Shown one piece after another: positions 27,699-41,500 of a stretch of 64,000 bases of DNA (its first letter is position 1; every line of letters starts with the position of its first letter). This DNA is from Eledone cirrhosa (Eukaryota): NCBI GenBank assembly GCA_964016885.1, contig OZ024750.1:43152001-43216000 (forward strand), in the 5' to 3' direction. Below the pieces are notes generated by a model. That model saw only the letters and a list, made by a program, of their open reading frames with translations, did not search any database and was not told the DNA's origin. The position numbers were made by a program, and so were the translations under genes.

Positions 27699-28002
27699 GT
27701 CTTAATTTTGTACTGCAACATATTTTTACATTTACTGGGTGTTCTATGGAAAGTTTCCTTCGTCGAAAATTACATTTTATATAATAAAATATATATTATT
27801 ACCCAGAATGTAGAAGTTATATATTTTCTTTTTATATCAAATTAGAATATAATGTATATTTATTGGTGGCCTTACAGAGAAAGATCGACTATAATATTTA
27901 AAGATTATTTCATCTAGAGTCTTGCTTAAGAGCAGACGACTAATGTACAAATTGTGGACAATAAAATGTCTTACCTGGTAAAAAACAAACACACAAATGT
28001 AC

Positions 28003-28384
28003 AGAGAGAGAGAGAGAGGGGAGGGGAAGAGAGAGAATAAGAGAGAAAAAGAGAGTGAGAGAGAGGGGAGAGAGAGAAAGAGGGAGAGAGAGAGTGAGAG
28101 AGAAAGAGAGAGAGAGTAAGAGAGAGTAAGAGAGAGAAAGAGAGAGAGAGAAAGAGAGAGAAAGAAAGTGAGAGAGAAAGATAGAGAGAGAGTGAGAGAA
28201 AGATAGAGAGAGAGTGAGAGAGAGAAAGAGAGAGAGAGAGAAAGGGAGAGAGAGAGAGAGTAAGAGAGGAAGAGAGAGAGAGTAAGAGAGGAAGAGAGAG
28301 AGAGAGTAAGAGAGAGTAAGAGAGAGGAAGAGAGAGGGAGAGAGAGAGAAAGAGAGAGAGAAAGATAGAGAGAGAGTGAGAGAA

Positions 28385-28420
<36 letters not shown>

Positions 28421-28488
28421 GGAGAGAGAGAGAGAGAGAGAAAGGGAGAGAGAGGGGAAGAGAGAGAGAGAGAGAGAGTAAGAGAGAA

Positions 28489-28569
<81 letters not shown>

Positions 28570-28602
28570 TAGAGAGATAGAGAGAAAGAGAGAGAGAGAG
28601 AG

Positions 28603-28670
<68 letters not shown>
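28003..28670. repeat. GA-rich/(TA)n compound microsatellite
   Basis: Direct reading. Confidence 0.9.
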
Positions 28671-28792
28671 TATTCTTTGCACTTTGTATGTTTTTTGTAG
28701 CCTCAAGACCAATGCTTTTGGTTTAAACAACGAATTGTTCTAGAGACCACTTGGGAATGGTTTCGACTCTTGTTTGAGTAAATAGATATACA

Positions 28793-28862
28793 GGGTCGAT
28801 AAAATAAAGTACCAGTAATGCACTGGTTAATTGCTGGCCTTGTGCTTATATAAGAAACCATT
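28793..28862 (+). mobile_element. SINE family A 3' fragment
   Basis: GGGTCGATAAAATAAAGTACCAGTAATGCACTGG...GGCCTTGTGC. Confidence 0.8.
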
Positions 28863-29138
28863 ACTACGTTACTTGAGTTTTACATGTATACACACATGTA
28901 TATACGCACACATACACACATATATATATGATATATGTACCTATTATATATATATATATATATATAATAGGTACATTATATATATATATATATATAGATA
29001 TATATATAGATATATGTATAGAGTCAGGAATAGAGAGAGAGAAAGAGAGATAGATAGATAGATAGATAGAGAAATGCATATATATATATATATATCCACA
29101 TACATACACGCGCATATATATTATATATATTCATGTAT

Positions 29139-29351
29139 GAAGGCGTGTGGCTGAGTGGTTAGAGAATTGGATTCGCAATCGTAAGGTTGTGAGTTCGATT
29201 CCTGGACCAGGCAATGCGTTATGTCCTTGAGCAAGACACTTTATTTCACGTTGCTCCTTCTACCTGGAGTTGCGACCGATAGATAGTATTAGCAATTGGA
29301 AAGACCAACGGAAACACTGTTCCCTCGGTCCGATTTGACGAAAGTCGATCG
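29139..29351 (+). mobile_element. tRNA-derived SINE, family B (CORE-like body)
   Basis: A box TGGCTGAGTGG, B box GAGTTCGATTCC, then GTCCTTGAGCAAGACACTT. Second copy at 31030. Confidence 0.82.
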
Positions 29352-29431
29352 TTCCTTTTATTCATGTATATATTTATACACGTAGATATTATAAGAATAT
29401 ATTTATCTATACAATATATATAATTGACTAT

Positions 29432-29467
<36 letters not shown>

Positions 29468-29468
<1 letters not shown>

Positions 29469-29660
29469 AAAGTTATTCCGGGTTCAATCGGGGGTAACCA
29501 CAGTAAGTAAGGTACTCAATACATAGCAGAGTATAAATGTTTTAATATAGAAAAGCTTCTACAGGACCAGTTCTGTTTCATTCGTGAGAAATCATCAGGA
29601 AGCCTGATGATTTCTCACGAATGAAACAGTTCTAGTCCTGTAGAAGCTTTTCTATATTAA
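29468..29660 (-). mobile_element. Family D asymmetric hairpin element (palindrome 29542-29660 plus tail) with hammerhead cores
   Basis: Both arms read CCTGATGA-TTTCTCACGAAT-GAAA-CAGWWCTRG-TC-CTGT; 3-nt spacer AAG; (TA)n flanks. Confidence 0.78.
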
Positions 29661-29685
29661 TATATATATATATATATATATTTTA

Positions 29686-29781
<96 letters not shown>

Positions 29782-30164
29782 CACACACACACACACACAC
29801 ACACATACACACACACACACACACACATGCACACGCACACATATATATATGTACAAACAGCCTGACATATATTTATCAGCACTGCAGTATTAAGTATTGA
29901 GTCGTTTCGCTCCTATTTTCTTTATACATTGTTTGTTAGTTAATATTTAGTGTTCAGTGTTTTCATTATTTGTAATGGAGAATTGTCGCTGTCTTCCATG
30001 GCAGTGTTTTTATCGCAATCTCAACAAAACCTAGCCGCCATCATGTCTATGAAGCCCACCTGGAATTTTACGATTTTTTTCACACAGGTACCACAGATAT
30101 TGTCTTTATTTGTTCAGCAAACAATATATTTACCTGAGCCTTCAAACGTTTTTGGCTCTTTCTT

Positions 30165-30607
30165 GCCTTCATTCTTTCTTTCTCTCTTTCTTTCTTATTT
30201 TCTTTCATTCTTACGTTCTTTCTTTCTTTCTTTCTTTCTTACTCTCTTTCTTTCTTTCTTTCTTCCTTTCTTTCTTTCGTTCTTTCTTTCCCTCTTTCTT
30301 TCTTTCTCTCTCCTTTTTTTGTTTGTTTGTTTGTTTGTTTCTTTTTTCATTCATTCATTAATTATTTTCTTTCTTTCTTTCATTCATTCATTCATTTCAT
30401 TCTTTCTTTCTCTCTTTCTGTTTTTCTCTCATCACTTCTTTTTTCTTTCTTTCTTTCTTTTTTCTTTGCTTAGTTTTCCTTTTTTATTCCATCTTCCTTC
30501 TTTTCCCTATCTGTCCTTCTATATTCTCTCTTTCTTTTCCCTTCGTATATTCCATCACTCCTTCATATTTTCATTTCTTTCTTTCTTTCTTTCTTTCTTT
30601 CTTTTTT

Positions 30608-30650
<43 letters not shown>
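30165..30650. repeat. Degenerate (TTTC)n/(TTCA)n microsatellite
   Basis: Direct reading. Confidence 0.9.
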
Positions 30651-31029
30651 GTCATCACTTCTCTCTTTCTATGTCGACCTCTCAGTAACAGTATATTGAC
30701 GTAAGATGTCCCATATACTACCACACTGATTCTCCTTCAATGTTACCTTTATGTCACTTGCTTCTACGGAATACTCAACCACTTATTCTATATTTCAAAA
30801 TGGAGGCAGTTCAGCTGATCGAAACCGATGGAGAATAATTTAGTTTCTTTCTTATATCGATTCATTGATAGAATCCTTAGTTTTTTCTCTTCTTTTTCTT
30901 TCTTTTCCGTTTTCCTTCTTTTTTATTCTTTATTTGTTTCTTTGTTCTCTTCTTTATTTGAAAAGTTACCGACAATTAGTTGTCATACTCAGGGGAGGTA
31001 ATAAAGGGTATATATACAGTAGAGAAGGT

Positions 31030-31242
31030 GAAGGCACGTGGCTGAGTGGTTAGAGAATTGGATTCGCAATCGTGAGGTTGTGAGTTCCATTCCTGGACCA
31101 GGCGATGCGTTATATCCTTGAACAAGACACTTTATTTCACGTTGCTCCTTCTACCTGGAGTTGCGAGTGATAGAGAGTATTAGCAATTGGAAAGACGAAT
31201 GGAAACATTGCTTCCTTGGTCCAATCTGACGAAAGTCGATCG
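31030..31242 (+). mobile_element. tRNA-derived SINE, family B, copy 2
   Basis: Colinear with 29139-29351. Confidence 0.82.
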
Positions 31243-31304
31243 ACTGTCGACAGTATAGAATATATAAACATGTTTAACGAAGGATATGTCAACATTCAAC
31301 TCCT

Positions 31305-31336
<32 letters not shown>

Positions 31337-31534
31337 AAACAACAACGAATAAATAAAACTAAGCTTTCTTCTTCACCTTGAACATCTTAAGTGAAACTGA
31401 TAACATTTTACAATGAAGTTGTAAACAGTCTCTTTTCTTTTTACGATAACAATTTTATTTTGAATGCCTTTTCTTATCGTGTTGTTAATACAATGTTAGC
31501 TATATGGAATTACAGAACTGTTTGTGTTATATAT

Positions 31535-32647
31535 CCAGGCTGGGTCATAAGTTTGGAAGCAAATAAAGATGCTTTTAATAACAAAACTACCCACTTTATT
31601 GACCAGCAACATATATGTAATTATACATAAATATGTTTAGAATATAATGTATAAAGGTTATTTAAAATGACCCCCTTATGCAGCAATAACAGACTCTAAC
31701 CTCCGTCAAACATCTTTCACCAAAACACACAACATTTCTTGGGGAATTTATTTCCAAGTGCTCGGTAAAGATGTTTTTAAATCATCGACTGTATTAGGGA
31801 CTTTTTAAAAGGTTTTTTCTTTAAGGATATACCAGACTGAATAGGTTCAAATCAGGTGAACAAGGAGGACACATTTCTTTTGACTAGAACCTCGGAAGAA
31901 GGTCTCTTCATCAAGCTTGTGTGACATTTGCTGTATGGGAAGTGACTCCACACTGTTGGAAGATCCACAGATAATCATTTTCAAAAGATTAGTTGTAGAA
32001 GCAAGTATAGGCTCCAGAATACCCTTTATGTAAGATTGGGAGCTGATTTTTGTCCTTTCTTCTACACAAATTAGAGGAGACTTCCAAGATGATAAAACAG
32101 CTCCCCAGACCATAACAGAAGCTAGTTTCATTGTATGGAATGAAGATGTTTGGCCAACACTGATTGCTGAGGCTTTCTTTCCAATTACTCGATCATTTCT
32201 TAGGTCGTGTGTCTGCTCAACTGTGAAAATCTTTTCATCTAACCAGACAATTTCCCCCGCCATGCCACCTTTCATTTCTCTAAGTAAATTCTTGCTTCTC
32301 TCTAGCCTTTTTTGTTTTGTCTTTTCAGAAAGGGTTTATCATTTCTGAAGAGTAAAGGAAGACATTCCTAAGTCAACATTGAATATCCTTCTCATTGTCC
32401 TAGGGCTTACTCGAGCCTCTTTGCTATTTTTCTCATGGATCTGTTCGTATTTCTTCTTATCCTTTCTCAAACAGCTTTAATGATAGTAGGAGCCCATTAA
32501 GTTCGTGGTCTTCCAATTCTGTGACCATCCAACAAATCTCCTTGCTCTTTATAACACTTCACCGCTTTCCAAACGGTAGATCTTGCAACCGAAAGTAACT
32601 TTACAATATCCGAATGTGACCTCCCTGTACGATGAAGTTTGAGTAAA
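31535..32647 (-). mobile_element. Decayed Tc1/mariner DNA transposon (maT/DD37D-like transposase pseudogene)
   Basis: Minus strand gives HTH 'SHSDIVKLLSVARSTVWKAVK...GRPRT', 'WLDEKIFTVE', 'VMVWGAV', 'WIFQQCG..SHTA' and 'PPCSPDLN' across frameshifts. Candidate TIR CCAGGCTGGGTCATAAGTT near 31535; the other end is lost at a SINE. Confidence 0.82.
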
Positions 32648-32737
32648 GATGAAAAGCAAAGCTAACCTCGGTAGGATTTGAACTCAGAACTATAAGCCAC
32701 GGAGCATGTTGTTCGATGTTCTACCGATACTGCCAAT

Positions 32738-32738
<1 letters not shown>
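32648..32738 (-). mobile_element. SINE family A 5' fragment
   Basis: GATTTGAACTCAG...CTACCGATACTGCCAATC. Confidence 0.75.
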
Positions 32739-32772
<34 letters not shown>

Positions 32773-32785
32773 GCTACTGCTGCTG

Positions 32786-32835
<50 letters not shown>

Positions 32836-32926
32836 GCTACTGCTGCTGCTACTACTACTACTACTACTGCTGCTACTACTACAACTACTACTACTACTAC
32901 TGCTACTACTACTACTTCTCCTGCTG

Positions 32927-32994
<68 letters not shown>

Positions 32995-33005
32995 GCTGCT
33001 GCTGT

Positions 33006-33056
<51 letters not shown>
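32739..33056. repeat. (TAC)n/(TGC) trinucleotide microsatellite
   Basis: Direct reading. Confidence 0.95.
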
Positions 33057-33060
<4 letters not shown>

Positions 33061-33213
33061 GCCTATCTATATATATCTATCTATATATCTATATAAATAA
33101 ATAGAGAGAGAGAGAGATGTATACTGTGAGAGTGGGAGAGATAGACAGAGAGAGAGAGAGGGAGAGAGAGGGGGGGAGAGGGAGAAAAAAGAAAGAGAGA
33201 CAGAGAGATAGAA

Positions 33214-33250
<37 letters not shown>

Positions 33251-33289
33251 AATGAAATAGATATCGAAAGACAAATAGATCGTGAAGGA

Positions 33290-33606
33290 GACACACACAC
33301 ACCCATACATACACACACACATACACATACATACACACACACCCATACATACACATACACACACATACACACACACACATAAACACTCACACACACACAC
33401 ATACACACACACATACACACACTCACACACATACACACATGCACACACACACACACACACACATACACATACACATGCACACACATACACATACACACAC
33501 TCACACACATACATACACATGCACACACATACACACACACACACACATACACACCTACACACACATACACATACACACATACACACACACACATACACAC
33601 ACACAT
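33290..33606. repeat. Degenerate (CA)n/(CATACA)n
   Basis: Direct reading. Confidence 0.9.
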
Positions 33607-33652
33607 GTATATATAAATATATAGAGAGAGAGGAAGTAAAGATTATAAGAAA

Positions 33653-34178
33653 ATAATTGTTTCTACTTTTGGCACAAGGCCAACAATTAACAAGTGCATT
33701 ACTGGTACTTTATTTTAGCGACCCCGTAAGGATGAAAGGCCAAGTAAACCTCGACGGGATTTGAACTCAGACCGTAAAGGGACATAACTATGCTGGAAAG
33801 CATGGCGTCCGACCCTCTACCGATACTGACAATCCATAAGAAAATAATTGTTTCTACGTTTGGCACAAGGCCAGCAAATAACCCAGTGCATTACTGGTAC
33901 TTTATTTTATCGACCCCGTAAGGATGAAAGGCAAAGTTAACCTCGGCGGGATTTGAACTCGGAATGGCAAGGGCCGTAGAAATATAAATAATTAATTGTT
34001 TCTACTTTAGGCACAAGGCCAGCAATTACCCAGTGCAGTACTGGTACTTTATTTTATCGACCCCGTAAGGATGAAAGGCAAAGTTAACCTCGGCGGGATT
34101 TGAACTCAGAATGGCAAGGGCCGTAACTCTATGCGTCAAAGCATGGCGTCCGACCCTCTACCGATACTGCCAATCCAC
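33653..34178 (-). mobile_element. Three tandem SINE family A copies (about 33653-33837, 33843-33977 and 33993-34178)
   Basis: Each contains GGCACAAGGCC...GGTACTTTATTTTA...GGATTTGAACTC; the middle copy lacks the A-box head. Confidence 0.88.
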
Positions 34179-34327
34179 CAAAATAATGTGAAATGTTTCT
34201 ACAATTCTCAGACTTTACCATAATTGAATTGATAACAGATTTTAAATGAAGATTTCATTGGTTTAATTTGAAATATTTCATATTGGGTGGAATATTGTTA
34301 CCATGAACAGACTGTTACTTCTCCCCC

Positions 34328-34785
34328 TGGTGGGGTGTGTGGTGGGGTGGTGGTGAAGGTAGTGGTTGTGTGTGGTGGTGTGGTGGTGAAGGTAGTGGTT
34401 GTGTGTGGTGGTGTGGTGGGGTGGTGGGGTGGTGGTGAAGGTAGTGGTTGTGTGTGGTGGTGTGGTGGGGTGGTGGGGTGGTGGTGAAGGTAGTGGTTGT
34501 GTGTGGTGGTGTGGTGGGGTGTGTGGTGGGGTGGTGGGGTGGTGGGGTGGTGGTGAAGGTAGTGGTTGTGTGTGGTGGTGTGATGGTGGTGGAGACGGTA
34601 TTGTGGTGGGGATGGTGGCGGTTGTGTGAGGCGGTGGTGGTGATGGTGATTTTGTGGTGGCGGGAGTGTGGTGGTGGTGGGGATGGTAGTGGTGGAGGTG
34701 GTGGCTGTTGTGTGTGGGGGTTCTGTGTGTGTGGTGTGGGTGTGTGGTGGTAGATGTGGTGGTGGTGTCGTGGTGGTGGTGGTGC
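34328..34785. repeat. GT-rich minisatellite (GGTGGTGAAGGTAGTGGTTGTGTGTGGT core)
   Basis: Core repeated about 5 times, decaying into (GGT)n. Confidence 0.85.
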
Positions 34786-34899
34786 TATTGAATAAGTATA
34801 TTGGAGTAGGGTGGAAACACGGAGGATAGAAAGATACATATATGTATGTATGTATGTATGATATGTATATATGTATATATGTCTGAATATATATATGTA

Positions 34900-34957
<58 letters not shown>

Positions 34958-34964
<7 letters not shown>

Positions 34965-35362
34965 AGATCAAAAGATGGTTAAAGGAGTTCCATGTATCTT
35001 ATTATGCGCATTTCAAAAACAAACATCATCATGCAATAATATTTGTGTTTTCATCAGATAAAACAGGAGAACATGATATGAAGGCTAAAAAACACTTGTG
35101 GATAGTGCAGTTTTAAATCAACATATCCTGCACTATCCACAAGTGTTTTTTAGCCTTCATATCATGTTCTCCTGTTTTATCTGATGAAAACACAAATATT
35201 ATTGCATGATGATGTTTGTTTTTGAAATGCGCATAATAAAATACATGGAACTCCTTTAACCATCTTTTGATCTTATATTATGTATACTCCAGTCCTACAA
35301 ACGGTAGAGTGCTTCTTATCCGATATCTGCATTGCTTTATTGTACTACAATAAAACTCACCT

Positions 35363-35365
<3 letters not shown>
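34958..35365 (+). mobile_element. Family A hammerhead hairpin element, copy 3 (arms within 34958-35280 plus tail)
   Basis: Same boundaries as copies 1 and 2; centre TTTTAAATCAACATATC. Confidence 0.9.
35175..35241 (+). ncRNA. Minimal type I hammerhead ribozyme
   Basis: TTTTAT CTGATGA ... GAAA TGCGCA TA ATAAAA. Confidence 0.82.
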
Positions 35366-35448
<83 letters not shown>

Positions 35449-35569
35449 TATATATAAATATATATAAATATATATATATACAGACATATTTCCACGTATA
35501 AAAACACAAACAAACGCCCACAAAATAACAAAAAAATCGTCAACATTATCATCTACCCCCCCACACGCA

Positions 35570-38500
35570 GATACACACACATACTTACACACTCTAACTC
35601 ACATCTACACACACACATATACTTACACACTCTAACTCACATCTACACACACACACATACTTACACACTCTAACTCACATCTACACACACACACATACTT
35701 ACACACTCTAACTCACATCTACACACACACACATACTTACACACTCTAACTCACATCTACACACACACATACTTACACACTCTAACACACATCTACACAC
35801 ACACACATACTTACACACTCTAACACACATCTACACACACACATACTTACACACTCTAACTCACATCTACACACACAGACATACTTACACACTCTAACTC
35901 ACATCTACACACACACATACTTACTTACACACTCTAACTCACATCTACACACACACATACTTACACACTCTAACTCACATCAACACACACACATACTTAC
36001 ACACTCTAACTCACATAAACACACACACACATACTTACACACTCTAACTCACATCTACACACACGCACATACTTACACACTCTAACTCACATCAACACAC
36101 ACACATACTTACACACTCTAACACACATCAACACACACACACATACTTACACACTCTAACTCACATCTACACACACACACATACTTACACACTCTAACTC
36201 ACATCAACACACACATACTTACACACTTTAACACACATCTACACACACACAGATACCTACACACTCTAACTCACATCTACACACACACATACTTACACAC
36301 TCTAACTCACATCAACACACACACATACTTACACACTTTAACACACATCAACACACACACACATACTTACACACTCTAACACACATCTACACACATACTT
36401 ACGCACTCTAACTCACATCTACACACACACATACTTACACACTCTAACTCACATCAACACACACACATACTTACACATTTTAACACACATCTACACACAC
36501 ACACATCCTTACACACTCTAACACACATCTACACAAACACATACTTACACACTCTAACTCACATCTACACACACACATACTTACACACTCTAACTCACAT
36601 CAACACACACACATACTTACACACTTTAACACACATCTACACAGACACACATACTTACACACTCTAACACACATCTACACACACACATACTTACACACTC
36701 TAACTCACATCTACACACAGACATACTTACACACTCTAGCTCACATCAACAAACACACATACTTACACACTTTAACACACATCTACACACACACACATAC
36801 TTACACACTCTAACTCACATCTACACACACACATACTTACACACTCTAACTCACATCAACACACACACATACTTACACACTTTAAAACACATCTACACAC
36901 ACACACATACTTACACACTCTAACTCACATCAACACACAAACATACTTACACACTTTAACACACATCTACACACACACACATACTTACACACTCTAACAC
37001 ACATCTACACACACACATACTTACACACTCTAACTCACATCTACACACACGTACTTACACACTCTAACTCACATCTACACACACACATACTTACACACTC
37101 TAACTCACATCAACACACACACATACTTACACACTCTAACTCACATCAACACACACACATACTTACACACTCTAACTCACATCAACACACACACATACTT
37201 ACACACTCTAACTCACATCAACACACACACATACTTACACACTCTAACTCACATCTACACACACACACATACTTACACACTCTAACTCACATCTACACAC
37301 ACACACATACTTACACACTCTAACTCACATCTACGCACACACACATACTTACACACTCTAACTCACATCTACACACACACATACTTACACACTCTAACAC
37401 ACATCTACACACACACACATACTTACACACTCTAACACACATCTACACACACACATACTTACACACTCTAACTCACATCAACACACACACACATACTTAC
37501 ACACTCTAACTCACATCTACACACACACATACTTACTTACACACTCTAACTCACATCTACACACACACATACTTACACACTCTAACTCACATCAACACAC
37601 ACACATACTTACACACTCTAACTCACATCAACACACACACACATACTTACACACTTTAACTCACATCTACACACACACACATACTTACACACTCTAACTC
37701 ACATCTACACACACGCACATACTTACACACTCTAACTCACATCAACACACACACATACTTACACACTCTAACTCACATCAACACACACACACATACTTAC
37801 GCACTCTCACTCACATCTACACACACACACATACTTACACACTCTAACTCACATCAACACACACACATACTTACACACTTTAACACACATCTACACACAC
37901 ACAGATACCTACACACTCTAACTCACATCTACACACACACATACTTACACACGCTAACTCACATAAACACACACACATACTTACACACTTTAACACACAT
38001 CTACACACACACACATACTTACACACTCTAACACACATCTACACACATATTACGCACTCTAACTCACATCTACACACACACATACTTACACACTCTAACT
38101 CACATCAACACACACACACACTTACCCATTTTAACACAAATCTACACACACACACATACTTACACACTCTAACACACATCTACACACACACATACTTACA
38201 CACTCTAACTCACAACTACACACACACATACTTACACACTCTAACTCACATCAACACACACACATACTTACACACTTTAACACACATCTACACACACACA
38301 CATACTTACACACTCTAACACACATCTACACACACACATACTTACACACTCTAACTCACATCTACACACACACATACTTACACACTCTAACTCACATCAA
38401 CACACACACATACTTACACACTTTAACACACATCTACACACACACACATACTTACACACTCTAACTCACATCTACACACACACATACTTACACATTCTAA

Positions 38501-41500
38501 CTCACATCAACACACACACATACTTACACACTTTAACACACATCTACACACACACACATACTTACACACTCTAACTCACATCAACACACACACATACTTA
38601 CACACTTTAACACACATCTACACACACACACATACTTACACACTCTAACACACATCTACACACACACATACTTACACACTCTAACTCACATCTACACACA
38701 CGTACTTACACACTCTAACTCACATCTACACACACACATACACACTCTAACTCACAGCAACACACACACATACTTACACACTCTAACTCACATCAACACA
38801 CACACATACTTACACACTCTAACTCACATCAACACACACACATACTTACACACTCTAACTCACATCAACACACACACATACTTACACACTCTAACTCACA
38901 TCTACACACACACACATACTTACACACTCTAACTCACATCTACACACACACACATACTTACACACTCTAACTCACATCTACACACACGCACATACTTACA
39001 CACTCTAACTCACATCTACACACACACACATACTTAAACACTCTAACTCACATCTACACACACACATACTTACACACTCTAACACACATCTACACACACA
39101 CACATACTTACACACTCTAACACACATCTACACACACACATACTTACACACTCTAACTCACATCTACACACACACACATACTTACGCACTCTAACTCACA
39201 TCTACACACACACATACTTACACACTCTAACTCACATCAACACACACAAATACTTACACACTCTAACTCACATCAACACACACACACATACTTACACACT
39301 CTAACTCACATCTACACACACACACATACTTACACACTCTAACTCACATCTACACACACGCACATACTTACACACTCTAACTCACATCAACACACACACA
39401 TACTTAGACACTCTAACTCACATCAACACACACACACATACTTACACACTCTAACTCACATCTACACACACACACACATACTTACACACTCTAACTCACA
39501 TCAACACACACACATACTTACACACTTTAACACACATCTACACACACACAGATACCTACACACTCTAACTCACATCTACACACACACATACTTACACACG
39601 CTAACTCACATAAACACACACACATACTTACACACTTTAACACACATCTACACACACACACATACTTACACACTCTAACACACATCTACACACATACCTA
39701 CGCACTCTAACTCACATCTACACACACACATACTTACACACTCTAACTCACATCAACACACACACACACTTACCCATTTTAACACAAATCTACACACACA
39801 CACATACTTACACACTCTAACACACATCTACACACACACATACTTACACACTCTAACTCACATCTACACACACACATACTTACACACTCTAACTCACATC
39901 TACACACACACATACTTACACACTTTAACACACATCTACACACACACACATACTTACACACTCTAACTCACATCAACACACACACATACTTACACACTTT
40001 AACACACATCTACACACACACACACACATACTTACACACTCTAACACACATCTACACACACACATACTTACACACTCTAACTCACATCTACACACACGTA
40101 CTTACACACTCTAACTCACATCTACACACACACATACTTACACACTCTAACTCACATCAACACACACACATACTTACACACTCTAACTCACATCAACACA
40201 CACACATACTTACACACTCTAACTCACATCAACACACACACATACTTACACACTCTAACTCACATCAACACACACACATACTTACACACTCTAACTCACA
40301 TCTACACACACACACATACTTACACACTCTAACTCACATCTACACACACGCACATACTTACACACTCTAACTCACATCTACACACACACACATACTTAAA
40401 CACTCTAACTCACATCTACACACACACATACTTACACACTCTAACACACATCTACACACACACACATACTTACACACTCTAACACACATCTACACACACA
40501 CATACTTACTTACACACTCTAACTCACATCTACACACACACATACTTACACACTCTAACTCACATCAACAGACACACATACTTACACACTCTAACTCACA
40601 TCAACACACACACACATACTTACACACTCTAACTCACATCTACGCACACACACATACTTACACACTCTAATTCACATCTACACACACGCACATACTTACA
40701 CACTCTAACTCACATCAACACACACACATACTTACACACTCTAACTCACATCAACACACACATACTTACACACTCTAACTCACATCAACACACACATACT
40801 TACACACTTTAACACACATCTACACACACACAGATACCTACACACTCTAACTCACATCTACACACACACATACTTACACACTCTAACTCACATCAACACA
40901 CACACATACTTACACACTTTAACACACATCTACACACACACACATACTTACACACTCTAACACACATCTACACACATACTTACGCACTCTAACTCACATC
41001 TACACACACACATACTTACACACTCTAACTCACATCAACACACACACATACTTACACATTTTAACACACATCTACACACACACACATCCTTACACACTCT
41101 AACACACATCTACACAAACACATACTTACACACTCTAACTCACATCTACACACACACATACTTACACACTCTAACTCACATCAACACACACACATACTTA
41201 CACACTTTAACACACATCTACACAGACACACATACTTACACACTCTAACACACATCTACACACACACATACTTACACACTCTAACTCACATCTACACACA
41301 GACATACTTACACACTCTAGCTCACATCAACAAACACACATACTTACACACTTTAACACACATCTACACACACACACATACTTACACACTCTAACTCACA
41401 TCTACACACACACATACTTACACACTCTAACTCACATCAACACACACACATACTTACACACTTTAAAACACATCTACACACACACACATACTTACACACT

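Noticed and set aside
29139-29215. tRNA gene
   Set aside because: A and B boxes are present but there is no convincing cloverleaf; it continues into a SINE body duplicated at 31030.
32706-33104. Poly-Thr/Tyr/Val 'mucin-like' ORFs
   Set aside because: A (TAC)n microsatellite abutting a SINE fragment.
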